From assembly GCA_034659655.1 (NCBI GenBank), contig JAYEHT010000207.1, forward strand, positions 1-42,542: 42,542 nucleotides of DNA, read 5' to 3'. Shown piece after piece: positions 15,133-26,600 of this stretch. The notes beneath the pieces were generated by a model that saw only the letters and a list, made by a program, of their open reading frames with translations, did not search any database and had not been told where the DNA came from. A program made the translations under genes and the position numbers. Source of the DNA: Candidatus Aerophobota bacterium (lineage in GTDB: Bacteria; Aerophobota; Aerophobia; Aerophobales; JAGGXI01). Numbering within the stretch: position 1 is the first letter of the stretch; each line of letters starts with the position of its first letter.

Positions 15133-17568
15133 TTGGAAGGGGGCTGGACAACGAAGAGAAAGTGCATCGTAATAATCTTACTCAGCTTATTTATTGTATG
15201 TTTACTTGCTCTTTCCGGTGCAGCATACCTTTATAGGAAGGAGAAAACCGGTACAGAAATTTTTGCTGTGGGTCTTTATGAATATGAACTCAAGAATGTT
15301 TATCGTGTCTTGGGCAATGAGGAAGAGTTAGCATTGGGAGAAGAAGGTTTAGCTCAAGGCTGGTCCGGTGAGGAAAGTCTTCGGCTATACCTGGATGGAT
15401 CTGTCCGTTATCGTCGGCGAATCACTCTCAGTTATGATTCAACCGAAGAGGAGGAGACTGAGCGACTGTGGGCAAAACTTGCCCGGGGAGCCAGCTACCT
15501 TTTTTACGGGAAATACCAACTCTCTTTTCCCGATAATAAATTTATTGGGGAAAACAAGAGTCTTTATGGCCCTGAACTTCATCTTGAGGGGAAAAGGAAT
15601 TTGTTTACCGGAAGTTTTACTGAGGTGAAAGGACTCTTTGCCCGGGATGAGATACCAGCGGATGGCAGCTCCACTTATTTCGTAAAGCTCGCCCCGATGG
15701 TGGTAGGGAGCGAAATAATATGGATTGAGGCAAGAGACCCTATTTCGGAAGTCGTTGTTTCTAAAACTCATATGGAGCGAGATATAGACTATACCATCGA
15801 TTACGATACCGGAGAGATTATCTTTACTGAAGCCATCCCTTCCGTTACTCCAGAGGGAAATATTAACTACATCGTGGCTGACTATCAGTATCTTCCCGAA
15901 GCTCCCGGTTACAGAAGATATCTGGTTGGTTTACGCAATACCTATAAAATATCGGATAGGTTAAGCCTGGGAGCAGGTTATCTTACCCAATACGATGATA
16001 GAGGCTCTTCCACTCCAGAGTTAGCTGGTAGGAACCCTTCTCAGAATTCGGCTTGGAGCGTGGGTATCCAATACAAACTTGGCGAGGAGCTGGTTTTAAG
16101 TACCGAATACGGAAAGAGTCAACAAGACGAAGATATCTTAACCAAGGGGAATGAGGAGGAAAGATCTGCCTATAGAGGTGAATTAAAGGGAAAACTCACT
16201 AATCGTTCGGAGGTTCTTTTAGGCTATGAAAGGATTAATCCTGAATTTTTCTCTCTCAACCCCGAGGTAGAGGATGACCTTGAAAAATATGAGCTTTCTC
16301 TCTCTCATCAACTGACTGATAAACTAAAACTTAAGGGAGGCTATGAATACTCCCACGATAATATTTTAGAGGAGGAAGAGCCAACCACTACTGAAAAAAC
16401 CTCTGATTTGAGTCTTACCTATGAATTAGGTAAATACAAGTATCTCGGTCGAGTGGAATTTGAGGGTCTCTATCGTTTTAAAGACGAGGAAAACGACTGG
16501 TATCCCCGAGAGGGCAGCCAGTCAAAAATTTCTTCTCTAAAACTTGGTATGGAGCCTTCGGAGGTTTTTAGCTCCTTCGTTAAATACGAACATGAGGATA
16601 TATACGGTAAGCCAGAGCTACAAATTACCTCTAAAAAAGATACCTCCGCCTTCGGCCTGGAATATAGTCCCACTGAGAAACGTTCTCTCACTACTCAAAT
16701 TCAGTTCATAGATGAGCGAGATCTCTTAACAGGAGAAAAGCCCTATACTAAAAAGTTTCTTTTCCAGGGGGAAAGGGATCTTACAAGATCGCTGGATGTA
16801 TCCCTTAACTATGAACATTCAGATACGGAAGAGGGGAAAAGGTTTACTAAAGAAAGTGATGTCACCTCGGCAAAACTGAAATATACTCCTTCCGAGCAAC
16901 TCATCTTTTCCTTAGGAGAGGAGACTTCGAGGACTGTGAATCGCAGTGCTGATCCTATTAGCACTGAAAAAAGGAAGAAAGACACTGCTGGTATTGAATA
17001 CGCTCTTACTAACTATTTTCTCCTCTATGCAGAATACGAAAAAGAAGAAGAGAAAACTTTAAACCCCCAGAGTTCCAAACTCAGCGAACGATTAGTAGCG
17101 AGACTTCCTTATGAGCCTTCCCATAGATTTTCTCTAACCCCAGGATACGAATACGAGGAGACTCGGGAGACTTTAGCCCAGGAGAGTCTGGAAAGAGAAA
17201 ATATTCCCTCTTTAAAGATGGACTGGTTTCTCACAGAAAAATGGGAGCTCTTTACCAATGTGGAGCTAAAAACGGTAAAGAGTATCCTTCCTCCTCCAAA
17301 GGTTAAGGCGGTTACTGCCACTGGATTGGGAAGAATAACTTATAAGATCTTGGATCGGTGGGACCTTATGGGTCAGTATGAAGAAACTAACCAGATAGAG
17401 CCCCAAAAAAGTAATAAGCAAATCACTGCCTTTGAACTGGGCTATGAAATCACCGATAATATAAGGATTGGTCTGGGACATAGAAGTATTAAATTTACAG
17501 ATGAAGCTATTCCTGAGAATGATTATCAAGCCGACATGGCTTACCTTCGGCTAACGGGCAAGATTTAA
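15133..17568 (+). CDS. Putative outer-membrane beta-barrel protein of unknown family (N-terminal membrane anchor, ~230-aa soluble region, long beta-strand-rich region)
   Basis: 811-aa uninterrupted ORF. The hydrophobic segment is CIVIILLSLFIVCLLALSGAAYL. From about residue 260 onwards there are runs of alternating hydrophobic residues with recurrent GYEY/YEYE/LSLTYEL strand-turn patterns. The start is a TTG with no clear SD, so the 5' end is uncertain. Confidence 0.5.
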   Translation: MEGGWTTKRKCIVIILLSLFIVCLLALSGAAYLYRKEKTGTEIFAVGLYEYELKNVYRVLGNEEELALGEEGLAQGWSGEESLRLYLDGSVRYRRRITLSYDSTEEEETERLWAKLARGASYLFYGKYQLSFPDNKFIGENKSLYGPELHLEGKRNLFTGSFTEVKGLFARDEIPADGSSTYFVKLAPMVVGSEIIWIEARDPISEVVVSKTHMERDIDYTIDYDTGEIIFTEAIPSVTPEGNINYIVADYQYLPEAPGYRRYLVGLRNTYKISDRLSLGAGYLTQYDDRGSSTPELAGRNPSQNSAWSVGIQYKLGEELVLSTEYGKSQQDEDILTKGNEEERSAYRGELKGKLTNRSEVLLGYERINPEFFSLNPEVEDDLEKYELSLSHQLTDKLKLKGGYEYSHDNILEEEEPTTTEKTSDLSLTYELGKYKYLGRVEFEGLYRFKDEENDWYPREGSQSKISSLKLGMEPSEVFSSFVKYEHEDIYGKPELQITSKKDTSAFGLEYSPTEKRSLTTQIQFIDERDLLTGEKPYTKKFLFQGERDLTRSLDVSLNYEHSDTEEGKRFTKESDVTSAKLKYTPSEQLIFSLGEETSRTVNRSADPISTEKRKKDTAGIEYALTNYFLLYAEYEKEEEKTLNPQSSKLSERLVARLPYEPSHRFSLTPGYEYEETRETLAQESLERENIPSLKMDWFLTEKWELFTNVELKTVKSILPPPKVKAVTATGLGRITYKILDRWDLMGQYEETNQIEPQKSNKQITAFELGYEITDNIRIGLGHRSIKFTDEAIPENDYQADMAYLRLTGKI

Positions 17569-17716
17569 GCCTTTTATGAGACGCATTGCAACTTCGTTTA
17601 ATCCTCAAAAAAAGCTTTTGACAAACTGGAAGGTAATAATAAGTCAGGTTTCCCCGTAATATGTATAAGGAAGCTATTTGAGATTTTTATAAGAAAAGTT
17701 AAAATAAGAGGTTAGT

Positions 17717-20497
17717 ATGAACACAACTCCCAATATTATCGGGAAAATTTATGGTTCGCAGGATAATAGTATCTCTCTCAGAAATTCAATTGTAGAGAAA
17801 CTGAAAAAATTAGCTATAATACTTGTTATAGGAAGTATTATTGTAAGTTTTGTTGCGTCGGCCGTTTATGCCTGGCCCTCCAGCTGGCGGGCTTATACCA
17901 AGGGTGGAGATTTACTGTGGGATCCAAAAGATCAAAACCCGTCCGCGATAGATCTTAGAGGGGATAGTGGTTCCGCCGCTGGATTCTACTACCAGGATTC
18001 CAACGGACTTTACTTTCGACAAAGAGTAAATGCCAATCCTTCAGGTCCAGGTATATTTGCTCAATATGCATGGATGGTTCTCATAGAAAGCGATGGAGAT
18101 TCAACCACTTATGAGTGGTCACTGGGAGTGAATGGTATAGGTGAAGAAGTAGAATTATGGGAAAATACTGTTAAAAGCAACAGTCCTGGTGATTTGGCTG
18201 AAATCCAAAAATGGACGGGACTCACAGGAACTTATGCCCAAATTGTACTAGCTGATTCAAGTTTTGACAGTGATACAGACTATTTCGTTGACTGGTACAT
18301 ACCCTATACTACCTTCACTTTCCTGACTGGTCTCAATGAAAACTCCACCATCAGGTTCTTTTATGGCACTTCTGCCAATGCTCAAAATATTAATAAGGAT
18401 CTTCAAGCAGGTGATCCTGGTACCCTGTCTGAGGGGTTCGGTGATGCAGTTACTCCCAGTGGCGCTGTTCCTGTTATTCCGGACGTTGAGGTAGTTGCTC
18501 CTTCTGGCCAGACCGCAAATCCCGGGGAGAGCGTTATCTATAATTTCACCGTTAAGAATACTGGCAATACCCTTGATACCTATGAGCTTATTGCTCAATC
18601 CCAGCATGGCTTGCCGGTTGGCTCTCCATCCTCTATCACTGTTTCCCCAAACGATAGCAAAACAGTAGCAGTTAGTCTGAGTGTGCCTTCAGATGCTACT
18701 GCTGGTACAACTGATGAGTTAACCCTCACCGCTACTTCCAAAACAGACCCTGGTGTTAAAGATAGTGATACCACTACCACCACCGTAGGTGTGGTTCCTG
18801 CTGTAGAGGTAAAAGCACCCTTTGGTCAGAGTGCTAATCCTGGTGATGTGATAACTTATGAGTTTGTAGTAAGCAATAAGGGCAATAGCACCGATACTTA
18901 TAACTTAACTGCTCAATCCCAGCACGGCTGGCCGGTTGGCTCTCCTTCCTCTATCACTGTTTCTGCTGGTGAGAGCAGGACCGTCACCGTTACCGTCACT
19001 GTTCCTTCAGATACTTCGGATGGGATAACCGATGATTTGACTCTAACCGCAACTTCTCAGACCGATATCGCCATCAGTGATTCTGACATCACTATCACCA
19101 CAGTCACTGCGCCGCTTATGAGTATTAATAAAACTGACAACGTAAGTTCGGCAAATGTAGGTGATAGGTTGGTCTATACCATAACTTACGAGAATACAGG
19201 GAGCGGCGAAGCGATAGCCCAAATTACTGATATTCTCCCAGAAGGAGTAACCTATGATGCGGATGACCCGGCCACTCCTTCTCCGGATGAAATTCAAGGT
19301 CAAAAGCTTATTTGGAAAGATTCCATCAGTCCGGTCGCTGAAAACAGTGACAGCTTGATAATTACTATTCCAGTAAAGGTAAACCTGGATCTGGAAGATG
19401 AAACCACCATTACCAACCAAGCTGTTCTGGATTATACGGATCTTAATGGAAATCCTCTACCTCAAAAAACTGCCGAGGACGAGACTCTAATAAGGGCTCC
19501 CCAACTTACCCTTACCAAAGAGGTTAATAAGTTGGAGGCAGAGCGAGGCGACATTCTCGTATATTATCTTACTATTAAGAATAATGGCACCGGAACTGCC
19601 TATGGGGTCAATATAATAGATACCCTCCCTCGAGGACTTTCTTACCTTAAGGGTAGCTCTGCCTTGAATGGAACTTCCATAGATGACCCTACGGGAAGAA
19701 ATCCCTACATCTGGAGTGTACCTGATATCTTGGGTAATTCCCGGATAAACTTAAGTTATAAGGTAATTGTAAGCCCCAATGCTCCTCATAAGAAAGTTCA
19801 AAACCAGGCTGAGCTTGCCAGCTCCAACGCTCCCACGATTAAAGCTATTTCATCTTTGAAAATAGTTAAGGGTAAAGGTCCCCTGGAGCAAAAGGGAACT
19901 GTCCGGGGAGTAGTTTTTGAAGATACCAATGCTAATGGGAAGCAAGATTCTGGAGAGCCCGGTCTTACCAATGTGGAAATTAGACTTGATGGACCTCGAA
20001 CGGTGAAAACTGATAATACTGGTAACTATAAGTTTGAGGAAGTAGAGCAAGGTTGGCACGTGGTAGCTCTTGATTCCCGAACTCTACCCGAGGGCTATGT
20101 GCTTATTGAATCGGATTCTAAATTTGTGGATAATCTTGCTCCTGGGCAGACAAAATGGTTAAACTTTGCCATCAGGAGCCTCCCGGGAAAAATAGTAGGG
20201 GTAGTCTTTCTTGATGCAGATAGAGATGGAAAAAGAGACCCTGGCACCGCTGGTATTAGCGGAATCAGCATAGTTTTGAATGATACCATCACTGTAGACA
20301 CTGATAAGAATGGCAATTTTGTGTTCGACAAACTTCTCCGAGGAGAATATGATGTTCGGCTGGATACTAAAAAGCTGGGAAAGAAATACCGACTCACTAC
20401 AGATGAAATTTTGGAGATTTCTCTATCTCCGGGAGAGACCATTTCTGTAGATTTTGGCCTTCAGCCAAGACCTTATCTAATTATTAAGGTGGAGTAA
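17717..20497 (+). CDS. Cell-surface repeat protein: signal-anchor, WPxSW-type N-terminal domain, 2 CARDB/NEW3-like repeats, 2 DUF11-type repeats, 2 SdrD-B/Cna-B-like domains
   Basis: 926 aa. There are tandem ~100-aa repeats (VEVVAPSGQTANPGESVIYNFTVKNTGNTLDTY... / VEVKAPFGQSANPGDVITYEFVVSNKGNSTDTY...) at about 18487-19100. DUF11-like units are GDRLVYTITYENTG and GDILVYYLTIKNNGTG. The C-terminal units GVVFEDTNANGKQDSGEPGL...TDNTGNYKF and GVVFLDADRDGKRDPG...TDKNGNFVF are typical SD-repeat B-domain motifs. Confidence 0.8.
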   Translation: MNTTPNIIGKIYGSQDNSISLRNSIVEKLKKLAIILVIGSIIVSFVASAVYAWPSSWRAYTKGGDLLWDPKDQNPSAIDLRGDSGSAAGFYYQDSNGLYFRQRVNANPSGPGIFAQYAWMVLIESDGDSTTYEWSLGVNGIGEEVELWENTVKSNSPGDLAEIQKWTGLTGTYAQIVLADSSFDSDTDYFVDWYIPYTTFTFLTGLNENSTIRFFYGTSANAQNINKDLQAGDPGTLSEGFGDAVTPSGAVPVIPDVEVVAPSGQTANPGESVIYNFTVKNTGNTLDTYELIAQSQHGLPVGSPSSITVSPNDSKTVAVSLSVPSDATAGTTDELTLTATSKTDPGVKDSDTTTTTVGVVPAVEVKAPFGQSANPGDVITYEFVVSNKGNSTDTYNLTAQSQHGWPVGSPSSITVSAGESRTVTVTVTVPSDTSDGITDDLTLTATSQTDIAISDSDITITTVTAPLMSINKTDNVSSANVGDRLVYTITYENTGSGEAIAQITDILPEGVTYDADDPATPSPDEIQGQKLIWKDSISPVAENSDSLIITIPVKVNLDLEDETTITNQAVLDYTDLNGNPLPQKTAEDETLIRAPQLTLTKEVNKLEAERGDILVYYLTIKNNGTGTAYGVNIIDTLPRGLSYLKGSSALNGTSIDDPTGRNPYIWSVPDILGNSRINLSYKVIVSPNAPHKKVQNQAELASSNAPTIKAISSLKIVKGKGPLEQKGTVRGVVFEDTNANGKQDSGEPGLTNVEIRLDGPRTVKTDNTGNYKFEEVEQGWHVVALDSRTLPEGYVLIESDSKFVDNLAPGQTKWLNFAIRSLPGKIVGVVFLDADRDGKRDPGTAGISGISIVLNDTITVDTDKNGNFVFDKLLRGEYDVRLDTKKLGKKYRLTTDEILEISLSPGETISVDFGLQPRPYLIIKVE

Positions 20498-20614
20498 TTT
20501 GAGCTGTATTACAAATTTTGCTAATTTTGAAATTTTTAAGGATTTAAAGGACTGGATAACTCATAAAGAGGTGATAGATGTTTCGGAGATAAAGTTTATA
20601 GGAGGATAGACGTA

Positions 20615-23600
20615 ATGAAAATGAGATCTAATATGGTGAGTGCATTTGCAAAGAAAAATTTGCCGTTCCGCTTTCATAAGCATCTTTCATTTTTATTTAC
20701 CGGTATTATTACTTTTTTTCTCCTTCCGGCATTATTTACTCAAATAGGTTTTTCTCAGGTGAGGATAACTGGCCCCACCGAGTTAACTGCCTGTAGTCAG
20801 GCGATCTTCACCATTGAGATTAAGAATGAAGGGCAAGTTTCTGCCTGTAATGTCATCGTAAGCGCTGAAATCCCCCCGGGGTTTGATTATATAGAGGATG
20901 ATCAGGGAGCATCTCTGGCGGATGATACACTTATCTGGACGATTGGACAACTAGAAGCAGGGGATAGATGGGTTGATTACCTTACCCTAAGGGCAACACC
21001 GGAGACAGCTAAGCCATCGGCAAAAGAAAATAGATTAGCCATCACCGTAACTTACGATTACTGTCCTGCTGAGGGGATTAATGATTTTTCTGAAGGTCCG
21101 GTTTATTCCAGCCCGGTGAAAGTTAGTTCTCCAGAATTTGCTCGACGTCTTGCTGGCCACAAAGTCGGCCAGCACAAAGTTCCCCCAACTGTCGAAGTAG
21201 AGATGACCGTCACTGCTGACATTCCCTCCCCCATAGAGAATGCCAAGCTAATTGATTATTTCCCTGCTGATTGGACTATTCTGAATTCAGGCGGTGGTCA
21301 GGTTGACCCCGTTAACCACACCATCACCTGGGACCTTGGCATACTCAGCGATTCAGTCTCTCAGAGCTACACTATCCTCAGTCCCCAAAAAACCTTACCC
21401 CCTACAAAATACTTGTTTCACTCCGAGCTGGTTTCAGGAGATTGCACAACAGCAAGCGCTGATTGGACAGTAGTAGTGGCCGACCCCACCGACTGGCCTG
21501 ACTCGTGGATTACTATTGACCAGGACCTTAATGAGAATGGGACGGAAGATGATTTGCGTGACGTAAAAACCGCCTTTTATAACTACGATGAGAACTATCT
21601 CTACCTGAGACTGTGCCTTTATGGGACTCCTGATTTCGCTGGTCCGTCTCGCTATAAGTGGTTTTTCGACCTCGGCGTAGGTGATAACCTATACATTTCA
21701 GGCAATAATATATTGGGTACTGAGTATCTACTGTTTGTGGAGGATACCAATAATGATGGCACAGGAGAGGTCTACCTTCTCGATGCTCATGGCTACGACC
21801 GATTTAGGGAATATGAGCCCAACATATACAAAACAAACCCTGGTCCAATTACTGACCCAACCATAGCTGGCTACCGATTTGATGGAAATTGCGTTGACCT
21901 GTATATCAAGCTGAGCGAATTGAAGGTTGACGGCGTGGGCAGGTCTAACCCCTCCGGCATAAACCTCACCTGGGCTACTGACCAGGAAAACCCAAACCTG
22001 GAGCAGGCGCCAATCACAGATAGAGCCAACACTTCTGATGTGCCCATCCACATAGCTCCTGTTATTGATGTCACCAAGACCGATTCACCTGACCCGGTCG
22101 AGACTGGGCAGAACATAACCTATACAGTTACCATTACTAACAGTGGTAACATAGATGTCCTCGACGACCCGAACAGCAATGAGTTTGAAGATAGCATCCC
22201 AGAAAATACAACTTATGCCACTGGCAGCATAATCGTCAATGGCACTCCCAACGACGATGATATCTCTGACGGCATAGGATATGACTCAGTAAATAATAAA
22301 ATCATCTGGAACGGCATTGTCCCTGCTGGCGGCAGTGTCACCATAAGTTTTCAGGTCACCGTAAAGTCGCCTCTGCCTAATGGCACCCAAATATCAAATC
22401 AGGGATTTGTTTGGTGGGATTCAGATGGAGACGGCGTAAATGATGCCTATGAGCCCACTGACGACCCGCTCACTACCGAGGATAACGATCCCACCATCAC
22501 CACAGTTCACTCGGCTCCACTGCTGATGATAACCAAGGATGACTGGCCTGACCCGGTCAAGCCTGGGGAGACCCTGACCTATACCATAATCTATCAAAAT
22601 ATCGGCAATGGAGTTGCCCATAATGTAGTCATCACCGAGACTTATGATGCAAATGTTACCTTCTCATCAGCTTCGCCTTCGCCTGATAGCGGAACAAACA
22701 ATCGCTGGACAATCGCAAGCCTTTCCCCTGCAGACGGGCAGCAGACGGTAACTATAAATGTCACCGTCAATGCTAACGAGGGAACAACCCTGCATAACTA
22801 TGTTAACATCACCTGTGATGAGGGGATATTTGAGGATGATACTGAGGAAACAAAGGTCAGCAGTGCTATCCTGATTTTGAGCAAGGCGGATAACCCTGAC
22901 CCTGTCCCCGCCGGCGAGCTATTGAGCTATACCCTCACCTACCAGAACATGGCAACGGACAACGTTACTGAAACCGTGATTACGGATACGCTCCCCTATG
23001 AGGTGAGCTATGTTTCAGCAAGTCCGGCACCAAACTCTACCTCAGATGGCACATTGACCTGGAATATCGGAAAGCTTGCACCAGGCGCCTCCGGCAACAT
23101 AACCATAACTGTCAGGGTCAATACACCTATAGACAGCGGGACGGTGATAACTGATAACGTTACTATTACCGGTTACCTTGGAGGTGCAGAGAAAGTCGGT
23201 ACGGATGTTGAGGAAACCACTATCATCTCGGCTCCCATCATTGCCGTTGAAAAGACCGATTCCCCCGACCCGGTTGAGGCTGGGGGAACCCTCACCTACA
23301 ACATAACTGTAACCAATAGCGGTAATGCTGATGCCACAGGAGTTAGCGTAGTAGATGACTATAATGAGACTATCCTTACCATAACGGATGCAGGTGGTGG
23401 TGTTGATAACGGTGACACCATAACCTGGGATGGAGGGATAACCATTCCCGCCGCAGGCTCCGTTTCTTACGCTGTCACTGCCAAGGTAGCATCTCCGCTT
23501 GATAACGGCATCAAGCTGTTCAATACTGTTTCTGTGGACTGTGACCAGGGGGTAACTGCCAGCACAACAGAGATTACCACGGTTCACTCGGCTCCACTGC

Positions 23601-26600
23601 TGATGATAACCAAGGATGACCGGCCTGACCCGGTCAAGCCTGGGGAGACCCTGACCTATACCCTCACCTACCAGAATACGGGAAATGAGGTTGCTCATGA
23701 TGTGGTCATCGCCGACTACCTCCCTGCTGATGTAACCTATATTTCAGCAAGTGGGACTCTGTCTTTCTCAGACAGGACATTAACATGGGATATTGGGGAC
23801 CTTTCGCCGCAAGTTGGAGAGCAAACACTAACCATAAATGTCACAGTCAACTCGCCATTACCTGATGGAACGACTCTGGAGAACACTGCTAACATCTGGT
23901 GCAGCCAGGATGTAGGCTCCTACATAACAGAGAGCACCACAGTTCACTCGGCTCCACTGCTGATGATAACCAAGGATGACCGGCCTGACCCGGTCAAGCC
24001 TGGGGAGACCCTGACCTATACTTTAATCTATGAAAACACCGGGAATGCTGTTGCTCATAATGTGGTTATCACCGAGACTTATGATCCAAACGTTACCTTC
24101 TCCTCGGCCTCTCCCTTACCTGATAGTGGGACGAACAACACCTGGACAATCCCGAGCCTGTCGCCCACAGATGGACAGCAGACGATAACCATAGAAGTCA
24201 GCGTCATCTCACCATTGGCTGATGGGACAATCCTGAATAACTATGTCACCATTAGCTGTGCTGAGGGTGTATCTGATGATGATAGTGAGGGGACAATAAT
24301 TAACAGTGAGGCTATCTTAATTTTGAGCAAAGCTGATTATCCTGACCCTGTTCCTGCTGGTAACTTATTGACCTATACTCTCACCTACCAAAATACGGGA
24401 ACAGCTACCACCACCGGAACTGTGATCACAGACACCCTCCCCAATGAGGTGACCTATGTTTCAGCAACCCCGGCACCAAGCTCAATATCGGGCAAAGTAT
24501 TGACATGGGAGATTGGGGACCTTGCGCCTGATGGCTCACATACTATAACGATAGAAACTAGGGTCAACTCACCATTACCTGATGGTACAAAGATAAGAAA
24601 TAGAGCCTCCATCACCTCCAGCCTTGGAGTTGGCGCTGATGTTGAGGATACCACTGTTGTTTCAGCTCCCATCCTTAGCATCGAGAAGACAGATTCGCAA
24701 GACCCAGTAGAGGGTAGTGGTACATTAACCTACACCATAACCATAGCCAACAGTGGCAACGCTGATGCTACTAATGTGGTAGTGACTGAGACCTATGATG
24801 TGAACTTTGCATTCTCATCAGCCACGCCAGCCCCTGATGCTGGGACTAACAATCAGTGGACGTTTGCCATCATTGCTGCCGGGGCAAGTAAGACCATCAC
24901 TATTACAGGAACCGCCCTTCTAAAAGGTGAAGCATCTCTAATCAATACGGTCTCCTTTACTTCAGATAATGCAGGAGGCGGAAGTGTAACCGAGACAACA
25001 GGCGTAATCTCGGCCAACCTGGAAGTTACCAAGACCGATACACCTGATCCAGTCATAGCCGGTAACATCTTATCTTATTCAATTACTGTAACCAACCTGG
25101 GTCCCTCTGATGCCCAGAACGTGGTGGTGAGCGAGAGCTATGATACAAACTTTATATTCTCATCAGCCACCCCAGCTCCTGATACGGGGACAGAAAATCA
25201 GTGGACCCTTGCCACCATTGCTTCGGGCGCAACTGAGACCATCACCATTACCGGCACAGTTAGTGCCTCAGCCAGTGGCAGCCTGAGTAATACTGTTGCC
25301 CTTACATCTGATACCGCTGATCCGAATACTGACAACAACACTGTGACTGAGCCGACGGTGGTTAACACCTCGGCCGACCTTCTTATGGAAAAGAGCGGCC
25401 CAGCTACAGGAACAGCAGGTACCAATATCACCTACACTCTAACCGTAACCAATCTCGGACCTTCAGATGCAGTAGATGTGAGTGTTACAGATTCTATACC
25501 TACAGGAACCGAATGGGTAAGTGATACCTCTCTTGGTGCCTATGATCCAGCAACTGGAGTATGGACTATTGGCAATCTCACTGCGGGGAGCACCACTTCC
25601 CTGGATATAACCGTCAAGATCCTTTCGGGAACCACAGATTCGCTAGTGAATGCCGCTGTGGTCAGTACGACTACCTCTGATCCTGATACAACCAATGATA
25701 CTGCTTCGGTAACCACTACCGTGAATACCTCAGCTGATCTTTCGATTACAAAGATAGATTCACCCGATCCGGTCATAGCCGGCACCGAGTTGACCTATAC
25801 CATAACCGTAACCAACCTGGGTCCCTCTGATGCCCAGGATGTAGTAGTAACTGATCCTCTACCGGAAGAATTAAACAATGCTCAATATTCTACGGATAAT
25901 GGCCTAACTTGGAGTCCTTATACTGGTTCAGTCTCCTTAGGTACTCTCACCTCTGGAGGTGAAGTAAGCTTCTTAATTAAAGCCAATGTAGATCCCGCTG
26001 TGGCTCAGGATACCGTACTTAGCAATACCACCACGGTCAGCTCAGTTACTCCTGATTCGGATAGTACTAACAACAGCGCTACTGAGCCGACCACGGTCAA
26101 TACCTCAGCTGACCTTATAATGGCCAAGACTGGTCCAACCTCAGGTACTGCTGGTGAGACAATCACCTACGCCTTGACCGTAACTAACAATGGTCCCTCT
26201 GACGCTCTTGAGGTGGCTGTAACTGATGCCATCCCCACCGGAACCGAATGGGTAAGTGATACTTCTGGTGGAGCCTACACGCCAGCAACAGGAATATGGA
26301 CTATTGGCAAACTTGCTGCTGGGAGTAGTGTTTCCCTGGATATAACCGTAAAAATACTTTCAGGAACCACAGATTCGCTAGTGAATACCGCTGTGGTCAG
26401 TACGACTACCTTTGATCCTGATACCACTAATAATGAGGCTGCGGTAAGCACTACGGTCAACACCTCGGCCGACCTGGTCATCAGCAAGAGCGATTCACCC
26501 GATCCGGTAGTTGCTGGTGAGACATTAACCTATACCTTAAAGGTGACCAACAATGGTCCTTCAGATGCCCAGAATGTGGTGGTGACAGATACTCTACCAG

